DNA of 64,000 bases from a candidate division FCPU426 bacterium (GTDB lineage Bacteria > Oederibacteriota > Muellerivitia > Muellerivitales > Muellerivitaceae): the NCBI GenBank assembly GCA_963830915.1, contig CAWHOE010000057.1, positions 1-64,000 of the forward strand. The letters are read 5' to 3'. The notes beneath the pieces were generated by a model. It was not told the DNA's origin and did not search any database. It saw nothing but the letters and a program-made list of their open reading frames with translations. Below, piece by piece: positions 11,185-22,044 of the stretch. The position numbers and the translations under genes were made by a program. Numbering within the stretch: position 1 is the stretch's first letter; each line of letters starts with the position of its first letter.

Positions 11185-12222
11185 ATGAGCCTTCCCAGGA
11201 TATTAATTCTCTTTTTTTCAGCCTCCTTTTTTGCCACGGCCCCCTGCTGGCCGGCGGCGGATTTGAACACGACCCCAGCCACCTTTTCCGTGGTCACGGG
11301 CAATGTGACCTTACAGGCCCCGAACTCAAAAAAGAAAAAACCGGTCTGGGCCGGTTTGACGGCTCCGGAAGGCTCCCGGGTCACTACGGGAAAGAATTCC
11401 ACGGCCACGTTGGTGTTGTTCGACGGTTCCCAGTTGGAGATCGGTCCAGAATCCTCCCTTATTCTCACCACGCTTCAAAAACCATCCGTGTTCGACAAGA
11501 TCTTCAATTTCAAACTCATCGTGGGCGAATTAATGGCGACCGTCAAAAAATTGGCGTCGTCCCATTCCAGTTTCGAAATATCCTCGGGCGGCGTGGTGTG
11601 CGGCGTCCGGGGAACGAAATACAAGATGGTTTATGATCCCGATGCCCGAACCCTTGACCTCAGCGTTCTTGAGGGTACGGTCTATACCCAAGTGAACGGC
11701 GGAGCTATCACCAATGTCTACGCGGGTCATCGATTCCACTTTGAAAATTTAATGGGCGCTAATGACAACGAAGGCGGTAATTCCAACGGATCCAAAAAAT
11801 CCGTCAAAATTTCCGAATCCTATCTGGGAAATGGCGACAGTTCGGGTAATAACGGCGGCACAGGGAAGGACATCGCCGTTACGGGCTTCAATTCCGGAGC
11901 GAACGCGGCCACTATCGGCACAGGGAAAGATATCGCTGTCACTGGTTTCAACTTCAATACTGGCGATACCACAGGGTCCGGCGTCACCACGAGCGCCGGC
12001 GCCAATACGGCTCAACACCCAAGCGCCGCCGCCAACGACCAGCCCCCCTCTAGTACCGTGAACAATGGCATTGGCGCGCCTCCGGCCCCTGCCACCCCCT
12101 CCCTGGATAACCCGGCCCTGGTGGGTTTGAACGATACGTTCCTGCGGGGGATCCTGGTGAACGGGAATAACAACCTGACCATGGCCGATCAACGGCAGAA
12201 CATTCTGCTGGTGGTGCCATGA
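11185..12222 (+). CDS. FecR-domain exported protein
   Basis: VTTGKNSTATLVLFDGSQLEIGPES, GVVCGVRGTKY, LSVLEGTV; internal GTGKDIAVTGFN duplication. Confidence 0.85.
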   Translation: MSLPRILILFFSASFFATAPCWPAADLNTTPATFSVVTGNVTLQAPNSKKKKPVWAGLTAPEGSRVTTGKNSTATLVLFDGSQLEIGPESSLILTTLQKPSVFDKIFNFKLIVGELMATVKKLASSHSSFEISSGGVVCGVRGTKYKMVYDPDARTLDLSVLEGTVYTQVNGGAITNVYAGHRFHFENLMGANDNEGGNSNGSKKSVKISESYLGNGDSSGNNGGTGKDIAVTGFNSGANAATIGTGKDIAVTGFNFNTGDTTGSGVTTSAGANTAQHPSAAANDQPPSSTVNNGIGAPPAPATPSLDNPALVGLNDTFLRGILVNGNNNLTMADQRQNILLVVP

Positions 12223-13325
12223 GACCAAAACTCCCGACCCTATGGCTTATGGCGTTCCTTCTCTCCAGCGGGACTTTCGCGGGCCAATTGGACCTGGGCG
12301 TCCAGTATCAAAACTGGTCCAGTAACTTGAGCCAACCCTTGAACGGCCAAATGGTCCTGGTGCCCCTCACCCTATCCCTCGATCCCATCCAGGACCTCCG
12401 TTTTTACGCCCAGGGAGAGTTCGCCCACAGCCAAACCACCGACCCCATCGACGGCGTTCAAAACCTCAGCGCCGTTTCCGATACGGTGGTGGGCGGTGAG
12501 ATAGGGTTCAAGAGTTTTTCCTTCCCCTCCTTCCTGAACATCGGGGTCAACCTGCCCACAGGCAACCAGGCCTGGCAGACCCAAACAGGGGTTGCGGATA
12601 TTCCCACAGAGTTCGTGGACAGCCCTTACCAGGGCAGGGGATTGGGCCTGAGCAGTCTGTACGGCATCGCCCTTCCGGCGGGGAACACCCAATACGGGCT
12701 GGGGGCCGGTTATTACTACACGGGGGCCCTCAACCCCAACGCCAATTCAAGCGAGAACTTGAAACTGGGAGATTCCATCTTCATTTCCGCCAACCAGGTC
12801 ACGAGCTTTTCTTCCCGTCAAACCCAAACCATCGCCGCCTCTGCCTATTATTTCCTGCCTACCCTGGAGCAAAGCCAGAATTTCCTCTGGATGGGCCCCA
12901 ACTTCAACCTCTCCTATACATGGTCCAACCCCTCGGCCCTGTCCTTTGAGGCGGGGGTCCAATATTTCCTGCCGGCTCAAACCGCCGTCAACGGCCAATG
13001 GGTCGCCGAAACCCACAATTCCCTGGGCGCCCGCATTTACCTCGACCCCTCCTGGGCCTTCGGGGATCTAGTCCTGGCGGGCCGGGTAAAATATGTCCTG
13101 GCAAATGGCTACGGAACCGGCGATGCCTCTTACGACGGCGGGGGATTAGTTTTAGGGTTCGAGCCATCCTATAAAGTCGAGATGGACAACCGATCGGCTG
13201 TTCGTTTCTCGGCCTCTTACGACAACATCACCCATATCAACGCGGGGTTGGATCCCAACCTCAACTTGGTGAATATCCTCTATAACCGCTTTGCGGTGGG
13301 GGCCGGTTATGAGATCAAACTTTAA
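12219..13325 (+). CDS. Probable outer-membrane beta-barrel protein
   Basis: Signal peptide; SDTVVGG..LNIGVNLPTG motif; ends FAVGAGYEIKL; ATGA overlap with the FecR gene. Confidence 0.65.
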   Translation: MRPKLPTLWLMAFLLSSGTFAGQLDLGVQYQNWSSNLSQPLNGQMVLVPLTLSLDPIQDLRFYAQGEFAHSQTTDPIDGVQNLSAVSDTVVGGEIGFKSFSFPSFLNIGVNLPTGNQAWQTQTGVADIPTEFVDSPYQGRGLGLSSLYGIALPAGNTQYGLGAGYYYTGALNPNANSSENLKLGDSIFISANQVTSFSSRQTQTIAASAYYFLPTLEQSQNFLWMGPNFNLSYTWSNPSALSFEAGVQYFLPAQTAVNGQWVAETHNSLGARIYLDPSWAFGDLVLAGRVKYVLANGYGTGDASYDGGGLVLGFEPSYKVEMDNRSAVRFSASYDNITHINAGLDPNLNLVNILYNRFAVGAGYEIKL

Positions 13326-16300
13326 CCGCCTCCGGCTTTGGCCCGCGCTTACGGTCTTGCTTGTACTGACCGGCTGTAACCAAGCCAAGAACCCGGTCAC
13401 GCCGGTGGAGTCCACGACTCTTTCCGTTTCCATGTCCACGGATAAGATCAGCGGATCGCTCCTGGGGTCCACCGCCAACGAGGTCCTTTACCAGGTCACA
13501 GGCCCGGGGATGCAGCCGGTCGCCGGGGTCGTGGGACCCCTCAACTTGCCGGCCAATTCGGGCTCCATCAATTTTTCCATTCCCCTAGAATTGGGTCCCT
13601 CGCGACTCATGGCCTTTCAATTGAATGACGCCTCCACCCACCAGCCTCTGGCCGTGGGCGCGGTCCAGATGGATCTAACCTCTCAACCGGCGGGCCAGAT
13701 CACCGTGGTCATGGGACCGCTCCTTCCCAATTGCGATGAGATCAATACCGCTTTGTATAACGCCGGTTCCTATTTCACATTCCAGACCGGGACTCTGGCG
13801 AACGCTGCGACAGTAATATCCGCCTCGGGTTTTGATATTGATTACTTGCCTGTCACGGTCGGCGCTGCGGTCGGTTTCCAAATGAGCGCCTTGAACGGCG
13901 ATACGGTGGCTTACTTAGGGAACGGCAATCTGGTCAGTTTCGCCATGGCGCCTTCCAGCGGCTACCTGGCTTCTTCAAGCGCGTCCAAACAAGCGGCCGG
14001 GGCCTCGGTGACGCTCCTGCAGGCTGGGGACGTCTATTGCGTGAAGCTGGGTGCGGGAGGGCACGCCTGGGTCCAGGTCGTCAACGCCGGGTCGGCCCTT
14101 TCGGGGCCATCCTTCCGGTTCCGAGTAAATACCACTGTAGCCTATTACGCCTATGAACAAACAACGGCCGAAAAAACCAACACTTGCGCCGGATCACCTC
14201 CGACCCCAACGACAGTTCCCACCTCGACCTTCACGTCCACTCTGACCCCGACCCAGACGTCCACGGCCTCGCCTACCTTGACGGCCACCGATACTTTCAC
14301 TCCCACTCCCTCGTTTACACCGACGAATAGCCCCACCATCACCTTTACTCCGACGGATTCGATGACACCAACGCCATCCCTCACCGTGACCTCTTCCCCT
14401 ACGGGAACAAGTTCGGATACACCAACCATTACTTCCACTCCAACGAATACGATGACCCTAACCGACACAAGCACTCCCACCAACTCTCCGACGGCCACCT
14501 TCAGCCCAACGGTCACCTTCACGCCCACCGTTACATCCTCACCGACCGCCTCGCCCACTCCCGGCGCTTCCGGCCCCGTCACCGTTTCCGGTACCATCTA
14601 CTACACCCTTGGCGGGGTCGACCCCATCCAAGGCCTGTGGATCATCCTGTTGGCCGAGGGAGGCGGAGCCTCGCAAGTGGATACGGCGGTCTTCGTCAAT
14701 AACGGGCCATACACCCTTATCTCCACGGCCGGTTCCTATAACCTCATGGCTTTTTACGATGAGATCAGCGGTTATAAAGGCGGGCCTTTGCCGAACGAAC
14801 CCTATGGCGGTTATTACCAGGGAGGCGGCGTCGGTTTGTTGGCTTGCGCCTTGCCGGGCAGTCCGGTCATCACGAGTTCGGTGACCAACCTGGCCCTGAC
14901 CATAACGGGAGGCTGCGGAGGCTTGAGTCCCACACCGGTCATCACTCCACTTCCGACCTACACACCCACCCTGGCGGCCACCCCGACATTCACCTACACC
15001 ATCACCCCCACTATCACGCCAGGGGGAATACCGGTCACTGTTTCCGGTTCGGTCTATGACGCTGGTTTCACGGGCGGTACTCTTTGGGCGGCCCTGGTGC
15101 CTGTCAGCGGCGGTGCCTCGCAGGTTTATGAGGCGGTCGCCGGCAACAATGGGCCTTACACCCTAGTCTCCACGGCCGGTTCCTACAACTTGCTGGCTTT
15201 TTACGATTACGGTAACCAATTCAATTACGGGGGTGGGGTACCCAATTACTCGCAGTACGATTTTTACCAAGGGACCGCGCCCTCGGCCCTCACGCCCGTG
15301 TGCGCCCCACCTGGCAGCCCTCTCATCACAGGTTCGGTAAGCGGGGCGGCGCTGACCATCGGTGTGGTGGATTGTCTCGCCAGTACCCAGACCCCCCTCA
15401 TCACCGCGGTCCCGACCTGGACCCCTACCATCACCCCTACTCCCACCGCCTCGGCTACCTCTTCGCCGACAGCCTCGCCCACCGGCACCCCAGGTTCCGG
15501 GGATATCATCACCGTGGCTGGCAATGGGACGCCAGGTTCCACGGGCGACAGCGGGAAAGCGGTCAACGCCGAGCTCAGTAACCCCATCGCTGTCGCGGTG
15601 GACTCGTCAGGCAACCTCTATATCACAGACACTTCCAACAACAAGATCCGAAAGGTGGACACGAACGGGAATATATCGACCGTGGCTGGGACAGGCACCT
15701 ATGGATTTTCCGGTGACGGCGGGCCGGCCACTTCCGCCGAGCTGGCCACGCCCTGGGGCGTCGCGGTGGACACGAACGGGAATATCTATATCGCCGACTA
15801 CCAGAATAACGTCGTCCGGGAGGTCTCGAACGGGGTCATCACCACCGTTGCGGGGTATTACACCACCCCGGCTTGCGCCTCCAACTGGACGGGTTTCCAG
15901 GGAGACGGCGGGCCTGCCACCTGCGCCCAACTCAATTATCCCGTCGGGGTCGCTGTGGATTCTTTGGGGAATCTCTATATCGCTGATAGTAACGACGACA
16001 GGGTCCGCGAGGTCTCGGGCGGGATCATCACCACCGTCGCCGGCGGAGGGATCGGTTACACCGATGGGGAACCGGCCACTCTCGCGGGCTTAGGACCCAT
16101 CTATGGGGTGGCGGTTGACCCCTCGTTCAACCTCTACCTCACCGAGGTCAGCGGCTATCAGGTCGCGGAAGTCTCGGGCGGGAATATATCGTTACTGGCC
16201 GGCACCGGCTTGCAGGGTTATTCGGGCGACGGCGGACAGGCCACCTCCGCCGAACTGGACGACCCCTCGGGGGTCGCCGTGGGTCCTTCAGGCACTGTCT

Positions 16301-16539
16301 ATATCGCTGACCGCTATAACGACGTCATCCGGCAGATCAACGGCGGCATCATCTCCATCTACGCTGGTTCAACCACCGTCTCGGCGGGTGTCACTTACGG
16401 TGTGGCGGGCTATTCGGGCGACGGCGGGCCGGCCACCTCCGCCAAACTTTATGAGCCATTCTCGGTCGCGGTGGGTCCCGCGGGCGACTTATTTATCGCT
16501 GACACCAATAACAACGTCATCCGCAAAGTGCTCCATTGA
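13309..16539 (+). CDS. Large lipoprotein: N-terminal domain, Thr/Pro stalks, duplicated Ig-like module, NHL propeller
   Basis: LTGC lipobox; PVTVSG.(I/V)Y...NNGPYTL.STAGSYNL.AFYD twice; multiple GDGGPATSAEL..P.GVAVD repeats. Confidence 0.85.
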   Translation: MRSNFNRLRLWPALTVLLVLTGCNQAKNPVTPVESTTLSVSMSTDKISGSLLGSTANEVLYQVTGPGMQPVAGVVGPLNLPANSGSINFSIPLELGPSRLMAFQLNDASTHQPLAVGAVQMDLTSQPAGQITVVMGPLLPNCDEINTALYNAGSYFTFQTGTLANAATVISASGFDIDYLPVTVGAAVGFQMSALNGDTVAYLGNGNLVSFAMAPSSGYLASSSASKQAAGASVTLLQAGDVYCVKLGAGGHAWVQVVNAGSALSGPSFRFRVNTTVAYYAYEQTTAEKTNTCAGSPPTPTTVPTSTFTSTLTPTQTSTASPTLTATDTFTPTPSFTPTNSPTITFTPTDSMTPTPSLTVTSSPTGTSSDTPTITSTPTNTMTLTDTSTPTNSPTATFSPTVTFTPTVTSSPTASPTPGASGPVTVSGTIYYTLGGVDPIQGLWIILLAEGGGASQVDTAVFVNNGPYTLISTAGSYNLMAFYDEISGYKGGPLPNEPYGGYYQGGGVGLLACALPGSPVITSSVTNLALTITGGCGGLSPTPVITPLPTYTPTLAATPTFTYTITPTITPGGIPVTVSGSVYDAGFTGGTLWAALVPVSGGASQVYEAVAGNNGPYTLVSTAGSYNLLAFYDYGNQFNYGGGVPNYSQYDFYQGTAPSALTPVCAPPGSPLITGSVSGAALTIGVVDCLASTQTPLITAVPTWTPTITPTPTASATSSPTASPTGTPGSGDIITVAGNGTPGSTGDSGKAVNAELSNPIAVAVDSSGNLYITDTSNNKIRKVDTNGNISTVAGTGTYGFSGDGGPATSAELATPWGVAVDTNGNIYIADYQNNVVREVSNGVITTVAGYYTTPACASNWTGFQGDGGPATCAQLNYPVGVAVDSLGNLYIADSNDDRVREVSGGIITTVAGGGIGYTDGEPATLAGLGPIYGVAVDPSFNLYLTEVSGYQVAEVSGGNISLLAGTGLQGYSGDGGQATSAELDDPSGVAVGPSGTVYIADRYNDVIRQINGGIISIYAGSTTVSAGVTYGVAGYSGDGGPATSAKLYEPFSVAVGPAGDLFIADTNNNVIRKVLH

Positions 16540-16728
16540 GACCTGGCCTAGATAGGATGAAACCAAAGTTGCCAGGCCAACAATATCTATTAAATACTGA
16601 ATAATGGCCTGATCCCTTTTTTAACCCTAGTACCTCGATCATCCCTATAATGACTCACTAAAGGGGAGCGGCTAGGGTCATGCCTTCGCTATTCCTCATC
16701 CCTTCCGAAATTAATTTGGGAGGGAACG

Positions 16729-17952
16729 ATGAAATATCTTTTCTTGACGCTCACCATCCTGGTCCTGGCTTCCACTTCCGTTCTGTTCAACTCCTGCGGC
16801 AACAGCCCGACAACCCCCGCGCCCACGGCCACCCCTGTGCCGCCAACGGTCACCAACACTACCGCCGCGACTTCCACTGCCACTAACACGATGACGATCA
16901 CCAATACACCGACGATCACCAACACTCCCACGCCTCATTGGCAAATCGTGGGATCACCGGGATTCTCCGCGGGCACTGCCAATGATACGGCGCTGGCTTT
17001 TAACGGGACCACCCCCTATGTGGCGTATGAGGATGCCGCCAATGGCTACAAGGCAACGGTGATGGAATACAACAGCGGAAGTTGGCAGCTTGTGGGGCCC
17101 GCTGGATTTACGGCGGCGGATGTCAATTCCATTTCGCTGGCTTTCAATGGCACCACGCCTTATTTGGCTTTTTCAGACGGCGCCAATAGCTATTACGCGA
17201 CCGTGATGGAATATACCAGCGGAAATTGGCAGCTTGTGGGGCCCGCTGGCTTCTCGGCCGGGAGGGCCAACGGTCCCGCTCTGGCTTTTAACGGCAGCAC
17301 GCCTTATGTGGCTTATACGGATTTTGGAAACAGCAACAAAGCCACGGTGATGGAATACACGTCGGGTAATTGGGTCGCGGTAGGAAACGTGGGTTTTTCG
17401 GCGGGAGAAGCTGACGGACCCTCGCTGACCGTTAACGGCGGTACGCCCTACGTGGCTTATAGGGATAACTACAACAGCAACCTGGCCACAGTGATGGAGT
17501 GCAGCGGATGCGGGGCTGGAACAGGCGCCTGGAGTGCCGTGGGAAGCGTTGGCTTCGCCGGACCGGTCCAAAACTTATCGCTGGCCTTTAACGGGACCAC
17601 GCCCTACTTGGCGTTTCAGGATTCCGCCAACAGCAGTAAGGCTACAGTAATGGAAGATACGGGGAGCGGTTGGTCAGCCGTAGGGAATGCCGGTTTCTCG
17701 TCCGCGGCGGCTTTTTACACCTCGCTAGCCTTTAACGGTACGACGCCATACGTGGCTTTCGAGGATGGCGGCAATAGTAACAAGGCCACGGTCATGGAAT
17801 ATACCGGAACCGGTTGGTCAGTCGTGGGGAGCGCGGGCTTCTCGGCGGGAATGGTGGATTTTGTCTCGCTGGCCTTCAACGGCACTACGCCCTACGTGGC
17901 GTTTCAGGATTCCTCCAACAGTAGTAAGGCCACAGTGATGGCGTACTATTGA
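16729..17952 (+). CDS. Lipoprotein with ~48-aa beta-propeller-like repeats
   Basis: FNSC lipobox; seven repeats of W..VG.AGFSAG....SLAFNGTTPYVAF.D..NS.KATVMEY. Confidence 0.85.
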   Translation: MKYLFLTLTILVLASTSVLFNSCGNSPTTPAPTATPVPPTVTNTTAATSTATNTMTITNTPTITNTPTPHWQIVGSPGFSAGTANDTALAFNGTTPYVAYEDAANGYKATVMEYNSGSWQLVGPAGFTAADVNSISLAFNGTTPYLAFSDGANSYYATVMEYTSGNWQLVGPAGFSAGRANGPALAFNGSTPYVAYTDFGNSNKATVMEYTSGNWVAVGNVGFSAGEADGPSLTVNGGTPYVAYRDNYNSNLATVMECSGCGAGTGAWSAVGSVGFAGPVQNLSLAFNGTTPYLAFQDSANSSKATVMEDTGSGWSAVGNAGFSSAAAFYTSLAFNGTTPYVAFEDGGNSNKATVMEYTGTGWSVVGSAGFSAGMVDFVSLAFNGTTPYVAFQDSSNSSKATVMAYY

Positions 17953-18224
17953 AGAACTGGCTAGAAGCGCCTGGATGGGTCTGGCCATGTCTAACGGGTC
18001 ACGAGCTTGCTTGATCGATTACGCGCTCTTTGGCTGTAATGACCGCGGCTGGTTAGTGAACCTAGCGTAAAAAGTGTGTAAAGGGGTCTAACCACAACTA
18101 CCCTCGAATAAATGGGTTATTACCATTTTATTACGGGTAAATCGCTAAACAGGGTATTGCTATACTTATTCAAACTAACTATTCTTCTGCCAAGTTTTTA
18201 TCTATAAATCGGGGAGGAGTTTTT

Positions 18225-19163
18225 ATGAAATTTAGAACGTTGGCCATCTTAGCTTTGTTCGTGATCGCGTTTTCCGTCTATTTGGTATCTTGCGGCAACA
18301 GTCCAACAGGGAACAAATCCTCAGGCTCTTCCAACCCCACGAGTACGCCCACTCCCAACATCACCGTGTTCGCCACCTTTACGGGTGATGAACCCTGGCA
18401 GGAGGCTATTGACTCGAACGGGAACCTTTTCGTCACTTTATATACAACCCAGCAAGTCGTGAAGATCACCTCGAGCGGCGTCACTTCGATCGTGGCTTCT
18501 AACATCAGCGACCCTTATGGGGTGGCGGTGGGACCGAACGGCAATCTTTATGTGGGGCCTTATGTCAGCGCGAGCGTCACCGAGGTCATCTCCGGCACCA
18601 ATTCAACCTTAGGCAGCGGGATGTCCTATCCCGACTACCTGGTGGTCAACTCAGCTGGCACGACCCTTTATGTGGCGGATTACTCGACCGGCAATATTTG
18701 GCAGGTCGCCTTGCCAAGCGGAACGACGACTTCCTTGATCTCGACCGGGGTTGCACTGGACGGGATCTGCATGGATCCCAATGGAAATATCTACGCGACG
18801 ACCTCAGGCAACAAGGTCATTGAAGTGACCGCCGCCAGTATCACATCGGGCACTCCCGCGGTGACGGCTATCGCCGGCAACGGCACCGGCAGTTTCGCCA
18901 ATGGGGCGGCTGCCAGCGCGGAATTCGACGGTATCTACGGCATATGCGCCGACTCAAAAGGGAACGTGTATGTGGCGGATTACACCAACAACGCTATCCG
19001 GCTGATCACGGGCGGCCAGGTCAGCACTTTGATAGGCCCGGCGGCGCAAACCCCGACCTTTACCTATACCTTGGATAACCCCTCCGGTGTGGTCCTGGAT
19101 GGGCATGGGAACCTTTATATCGACAACTACACCGGCGCGAACATCCTCCGGTACCAGTTCTAA
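18225..19163 (+). CDS. NHL-repeat lipoprotein
   Basis: LVSC lipobox; PYGVAVGPNGNLYV, GICADSKGNVYVADYTNNAIR. Confidence 0.85.
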   Translation: MKFRTLAILALFVIAFSVYLVSCGNSPTGNKSSGSSNPTSTPTPNITVFATFTGDEPWQEAIDSNGNLFVTLYTTQQVVKITSSGVTSIVASNISDPYGVAVGPNGNLYVGPYVSASVTEVISGTNSTLGSGMSYPDYLVVNSAGTTLYVADYSTGNIWQVALPSGTTTSLISTGVALDGICMDPNGNIYATTSGNKVIEVTAASITSGTPAVTAIAGNGTGSFANGAAASAEFDGIYGICADSKGNVYVADYTNNAIRLITGGQVSTLIGPAAQTPTFTYTLDNPSGVVLDGHGNLYIDNYTGANILRYQF

Positions 19164-19181
19164 ACCGAAAAAAGCCTTCAG

Positions 19182-19212
19182 AGCCCCGCCGGTTTTCCGC
19201 GCGGGGCTTTTT
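19182..19212 (+). terminator. Rho-independent terminator
   Basis: AGCCCCGC...GCGGGGCT followed by TTTT. Confidence 0.75.
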
Positions 19213-19442
19213 ATTGACCGGACGTTTTACTTTCCCTGGAAGGAATACGCTAAAGGGGTCCAGGCAAACACTCTCCGCGTTAATTAGGAATAATGGCCTG
19301 ACCCATCCATGCCTTCCTATTTACCCACCAAATACCTGGAAATAAATGGCTTTTAAGGATTCTCATTATTTTCCGTAAGTTTTCCCATTTAACCCGTCTA
19401 TAGGTCAAGGAATGAACCATAGAGGCGACTTGGGAGGATGAT

Positions 19443-20501
19443 ATGAATTCGCGAAAACTACTTTCAGTGGGAATGACCATTCTCTTGAGCGGGGCCCTGA
19501 TGGCAGGATGCGGAGGACGTATCGACTGCCCTAGCGGACCTGTTTTGCCGCTTGTTCCCATTCTTTCTTCCACATTTACGCCGACCATTCCGGTCACCAT
19601 CGTCAATACTTCTACCTATACGATCACGGCCACGGAAACGGGTACCTCCACTCCCACCTCAACATTGTTCCCGTCATCCACCTATACCCCAACCACACCG
19701 GTTACCCTCACGAATACCTTCACTCCCACGAATACCTTCACACCCTCCATCGATCCTACGCCTGTCTTCAAAACGGCCACATACACTCCCACTTGTACGG
19801 CCACCTTTACCATGACGCAAACCTTTACATCCAGCGCTAGCCCAACGAGTCCAACCGCTACACCAACGCCCTGCGCGTACCCTTACATGCCTGTATCACC
19901 TACCGTTACCTTTGTGGTCACGCCTTTGGTAGAGCAATCCGGTTATGTTGGTTACTTTTATGAGAATCAGGTGATTGGGCCCGGGTGTTCGGCCTCCTGC
20001 GCCAACTCACCGTCACTCGCTTTGGCTGATACCCATTATTTCATTGGCGCTTTTACCGCCTTAGGCGCCGCGGATGTTCATTATTACAAGATTTTCGCTG
20101 GGGAGGCCGAACCTTGGGAGCTCATTCTGGAAGGGCAGCCAAGCGACCAATATGGTCTTGTTTTCAACGCGGGTACTTCTTATGCCGTGACCTACACGGG
20201 AACGGGATGGGTGGGTTATCAACGATTGGTACCATACAACGGGGGTTGCGACGGCAGTTGTGTCGCCATTTACCAAATAACAGGTGCCCCCAGCAGTTAC
20301 GCCTTTGCGACTTGGTACGGAGCCACCCCGACTACTACCGCATCCTTCACTCCGTCGAATACTCCAACGGATACTCCGACTGATACCACGACCTGTACGC
20401 CTTCCCGAACCCCAACCGGAACACCAACCACCACATTTACTCGAACGCCCACGCCTACGATCACGCCGATCATTCATACACCCACTCCAACCGCGACCTG
20501 A
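19443..20501 (+). CDS. Thr/Pro-rich lipoprotein
   Basis: GGAGG RBS, MAGC lipobox, stalks flanking a small globular domain. Confidence 0.75.
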   Translation: MNSRKLLSVGMTILLSGALMAGCGGRIDCPSGPVLPLVPILSSTFTPTIPVTIVNTSTYTITATETGTSTPTSTLFPSSTYTPTTPVTLTNTFTPTNTFTPSIDPTPVFKTATYTPTCTATFTMTQTFTSSASPTSPTATPTPCAYPYMPVSPTVTFVVTPLVEQSGYVGYFYENQVIGPGCSASCANSPSLALADTHYFIGAFTALGAADVHYYKIFAGEAEPWELILEGQPSDQYGLVFNAGTSYAVTYTGTGWVGYQRLVPYNGGCDGSCVAIYQITGAPSSYAFATWYGATPTTTASFTPSNTPTDTPTDTTTCTPSRTPTGTPTTTFTRTPTPTITPIIHTPTPTAT

Positions 20502-20575
20502 GATCCCTGAAGTAAAAAGGTTCAGGCAATACTATCCACTTTAATAATGGATAATGGTGGCCTGACCCCCTCTTT

Positions 20576-21070
20576 TACGTGGCCTACAACGATTGTGAGA
20601 TCGGTTTTGAATCGGTCGTGATGACCTTCAATGGAACCGCTTGGACGCCCCTGGGGCTCCAGGGTTTCTCTCCGGGTAACGCCTATGAAATGTCGCTCTC
20701 GGTACCTAATGGAACGCCCTATGTGGGTTTTTCCGATGGGAACGCCGCATGGAAGGCAACCGTCATGAAATACAACGGGAGCGCCTGGGTACCCGTGGGA
20801 AACACCGGGTTCTCCGCCGGCTATTTGGGCTACCTTTCCTTATATGTCGATGATTCAGAGAAGCCTTATTTGGCTTTCGAAAACGTCGCAGTTGGCGCCG
20901 AGGCTACCCTCATGACTTATAACGGAAGCTCCTGGGTCTACGTGGGAAACCGTGGATTTTCCGCGGGGGAGGCCGATTACGTATCTCTTGTCGTCGATCA
21001 TGGCACACCCTATGTAGCCTATTCGGATGTGGCTAATGGCGGCAATGCCACGGTGATGAAATATCAATGA
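20576..21070 (+). pseudogene. Headless fragment of the 48-aa propeller-repeat family
   Basis: Begins mid-repeat (YVAYND) right after a palindromic element; no signal peptide or RBS; same repeat as 16729. Confidence 0.65.
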
Positions 21071-21183
21071 TTATGGGCGGGGCTGACCCCTGATACGTAT
21101 TTTTGGATATTTTCCGTAAGTTTTCCTATTTAACCCGTCTATAGGTCAAGGAATGAACCATAGAGGCGACTTGGGAGGATGAT

Positions 21184-22020
21184 ATGAATTCGCGAAAACT
21201 ACTTTCAGTGGGAATGACCATTCTCTTGAGTGGGGCCCTGATGGCCGGATGCGGAGGCCGTATCAGCTCCCCCATTGCCCCTCCTCTTGATGATGGGGCC
21301 ATCCCCACGCCTACGGTATCAGGCGTAACGATCATTTTTAGCCCTAGCCCTATCGTGGACCCTGGCACACCCTCCAACACCCCAACCCCGCCGGTTTCAT
21401 TTACGAATACCTTCACGAATACGCAGACCACCGTCCTCACTTCGACGCCCACCGCTACGTTAACGACGACATACACCCCTACTAAGACCTTCACGCCCTC
21501 CATCGACCCTACCCCGGTCTTCGATACGGCCACATTCACGCCCACTGGCACGACCACTCCCGCCTGCGCCGGAATGACCTGTCTGGCTCCGAACTATATC
21601 GTCCCCGGGGAATCGGTCTCTATCACGAACGATTCGATAAACTACGTTCAGGTTTATTCCAGCTGGACAGGTACTTTGATGTCCCTGAATTTCTACGCTT
21701 ATAACCTCCTGGGTCCGACGAACGTATCGATGGGGCTTTATTCGGACATCGGGGGACAGCCAGGGGTTTTGCTGGATTCAACGAACATCGTCAGTACGGT
21801 GGTGGGCTGGAATAGCGTGCCCCTGATCACCCCATACACCTTGGGCAGTAAAACCACTTACTGGATCGGCCTCTATTCCCAATCCACCAACTTTGTGGGG
21901 GTGGGATCCACCAGCGGAAGTTTCCTCATGCAGGGCGGTACGTCCTTGCCATCGTCCTATAGCGGAGGGGCTTTCCCCCAGCCTGGTTCGCCAAGCTTCT
22001 ATGGGTGGGAATGCCCCTAA
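21184..22020 (+). CDS. Thr/Pro-rich lipoprotein, paralogous N-terminus to 19443, different tip domain
   Basis: First 27 aa identical to 19443; tip MGLYSD.GGQPG.LL...GWNSVPL...TTYWIGL. Confidence 0.8.
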   Translation: MNSRKLLSVGMTILLSGALMAGCGGRISSPIAPPLDDGAIPTPTVSGVTIIFSPSPIVDPGTPSNTPTPPVSFTNTFTNTQTTVLTSTPTATLTTTYTPTKTFTPSIDPTPVFDTATFTPTGTTTPACAGMTCLAPNYIVPGESVSITNDSINYVQVYSSWTGTLMSLNFYAYNLLGPTNVSMGLYSDIGGQPGVLLDSTNIVSTVVGWNSVPLITPYTLGSKTTYWIGLYSQSTNFVGVGSTSGSFLMQGGTSLPSSYSGGAFPQPGSPSFYGWECP

Positions 22021-22044
22021 GGAAACGCCGAAAGGCGGGTCGCT

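Noticed and set aside
19367..21264. Diversity-generating retroelement TR/VR pair
   Set aside because: The repeats cover promoter and leader, the mismatches are not adenine-specific, and no reverse transcriptase is present.
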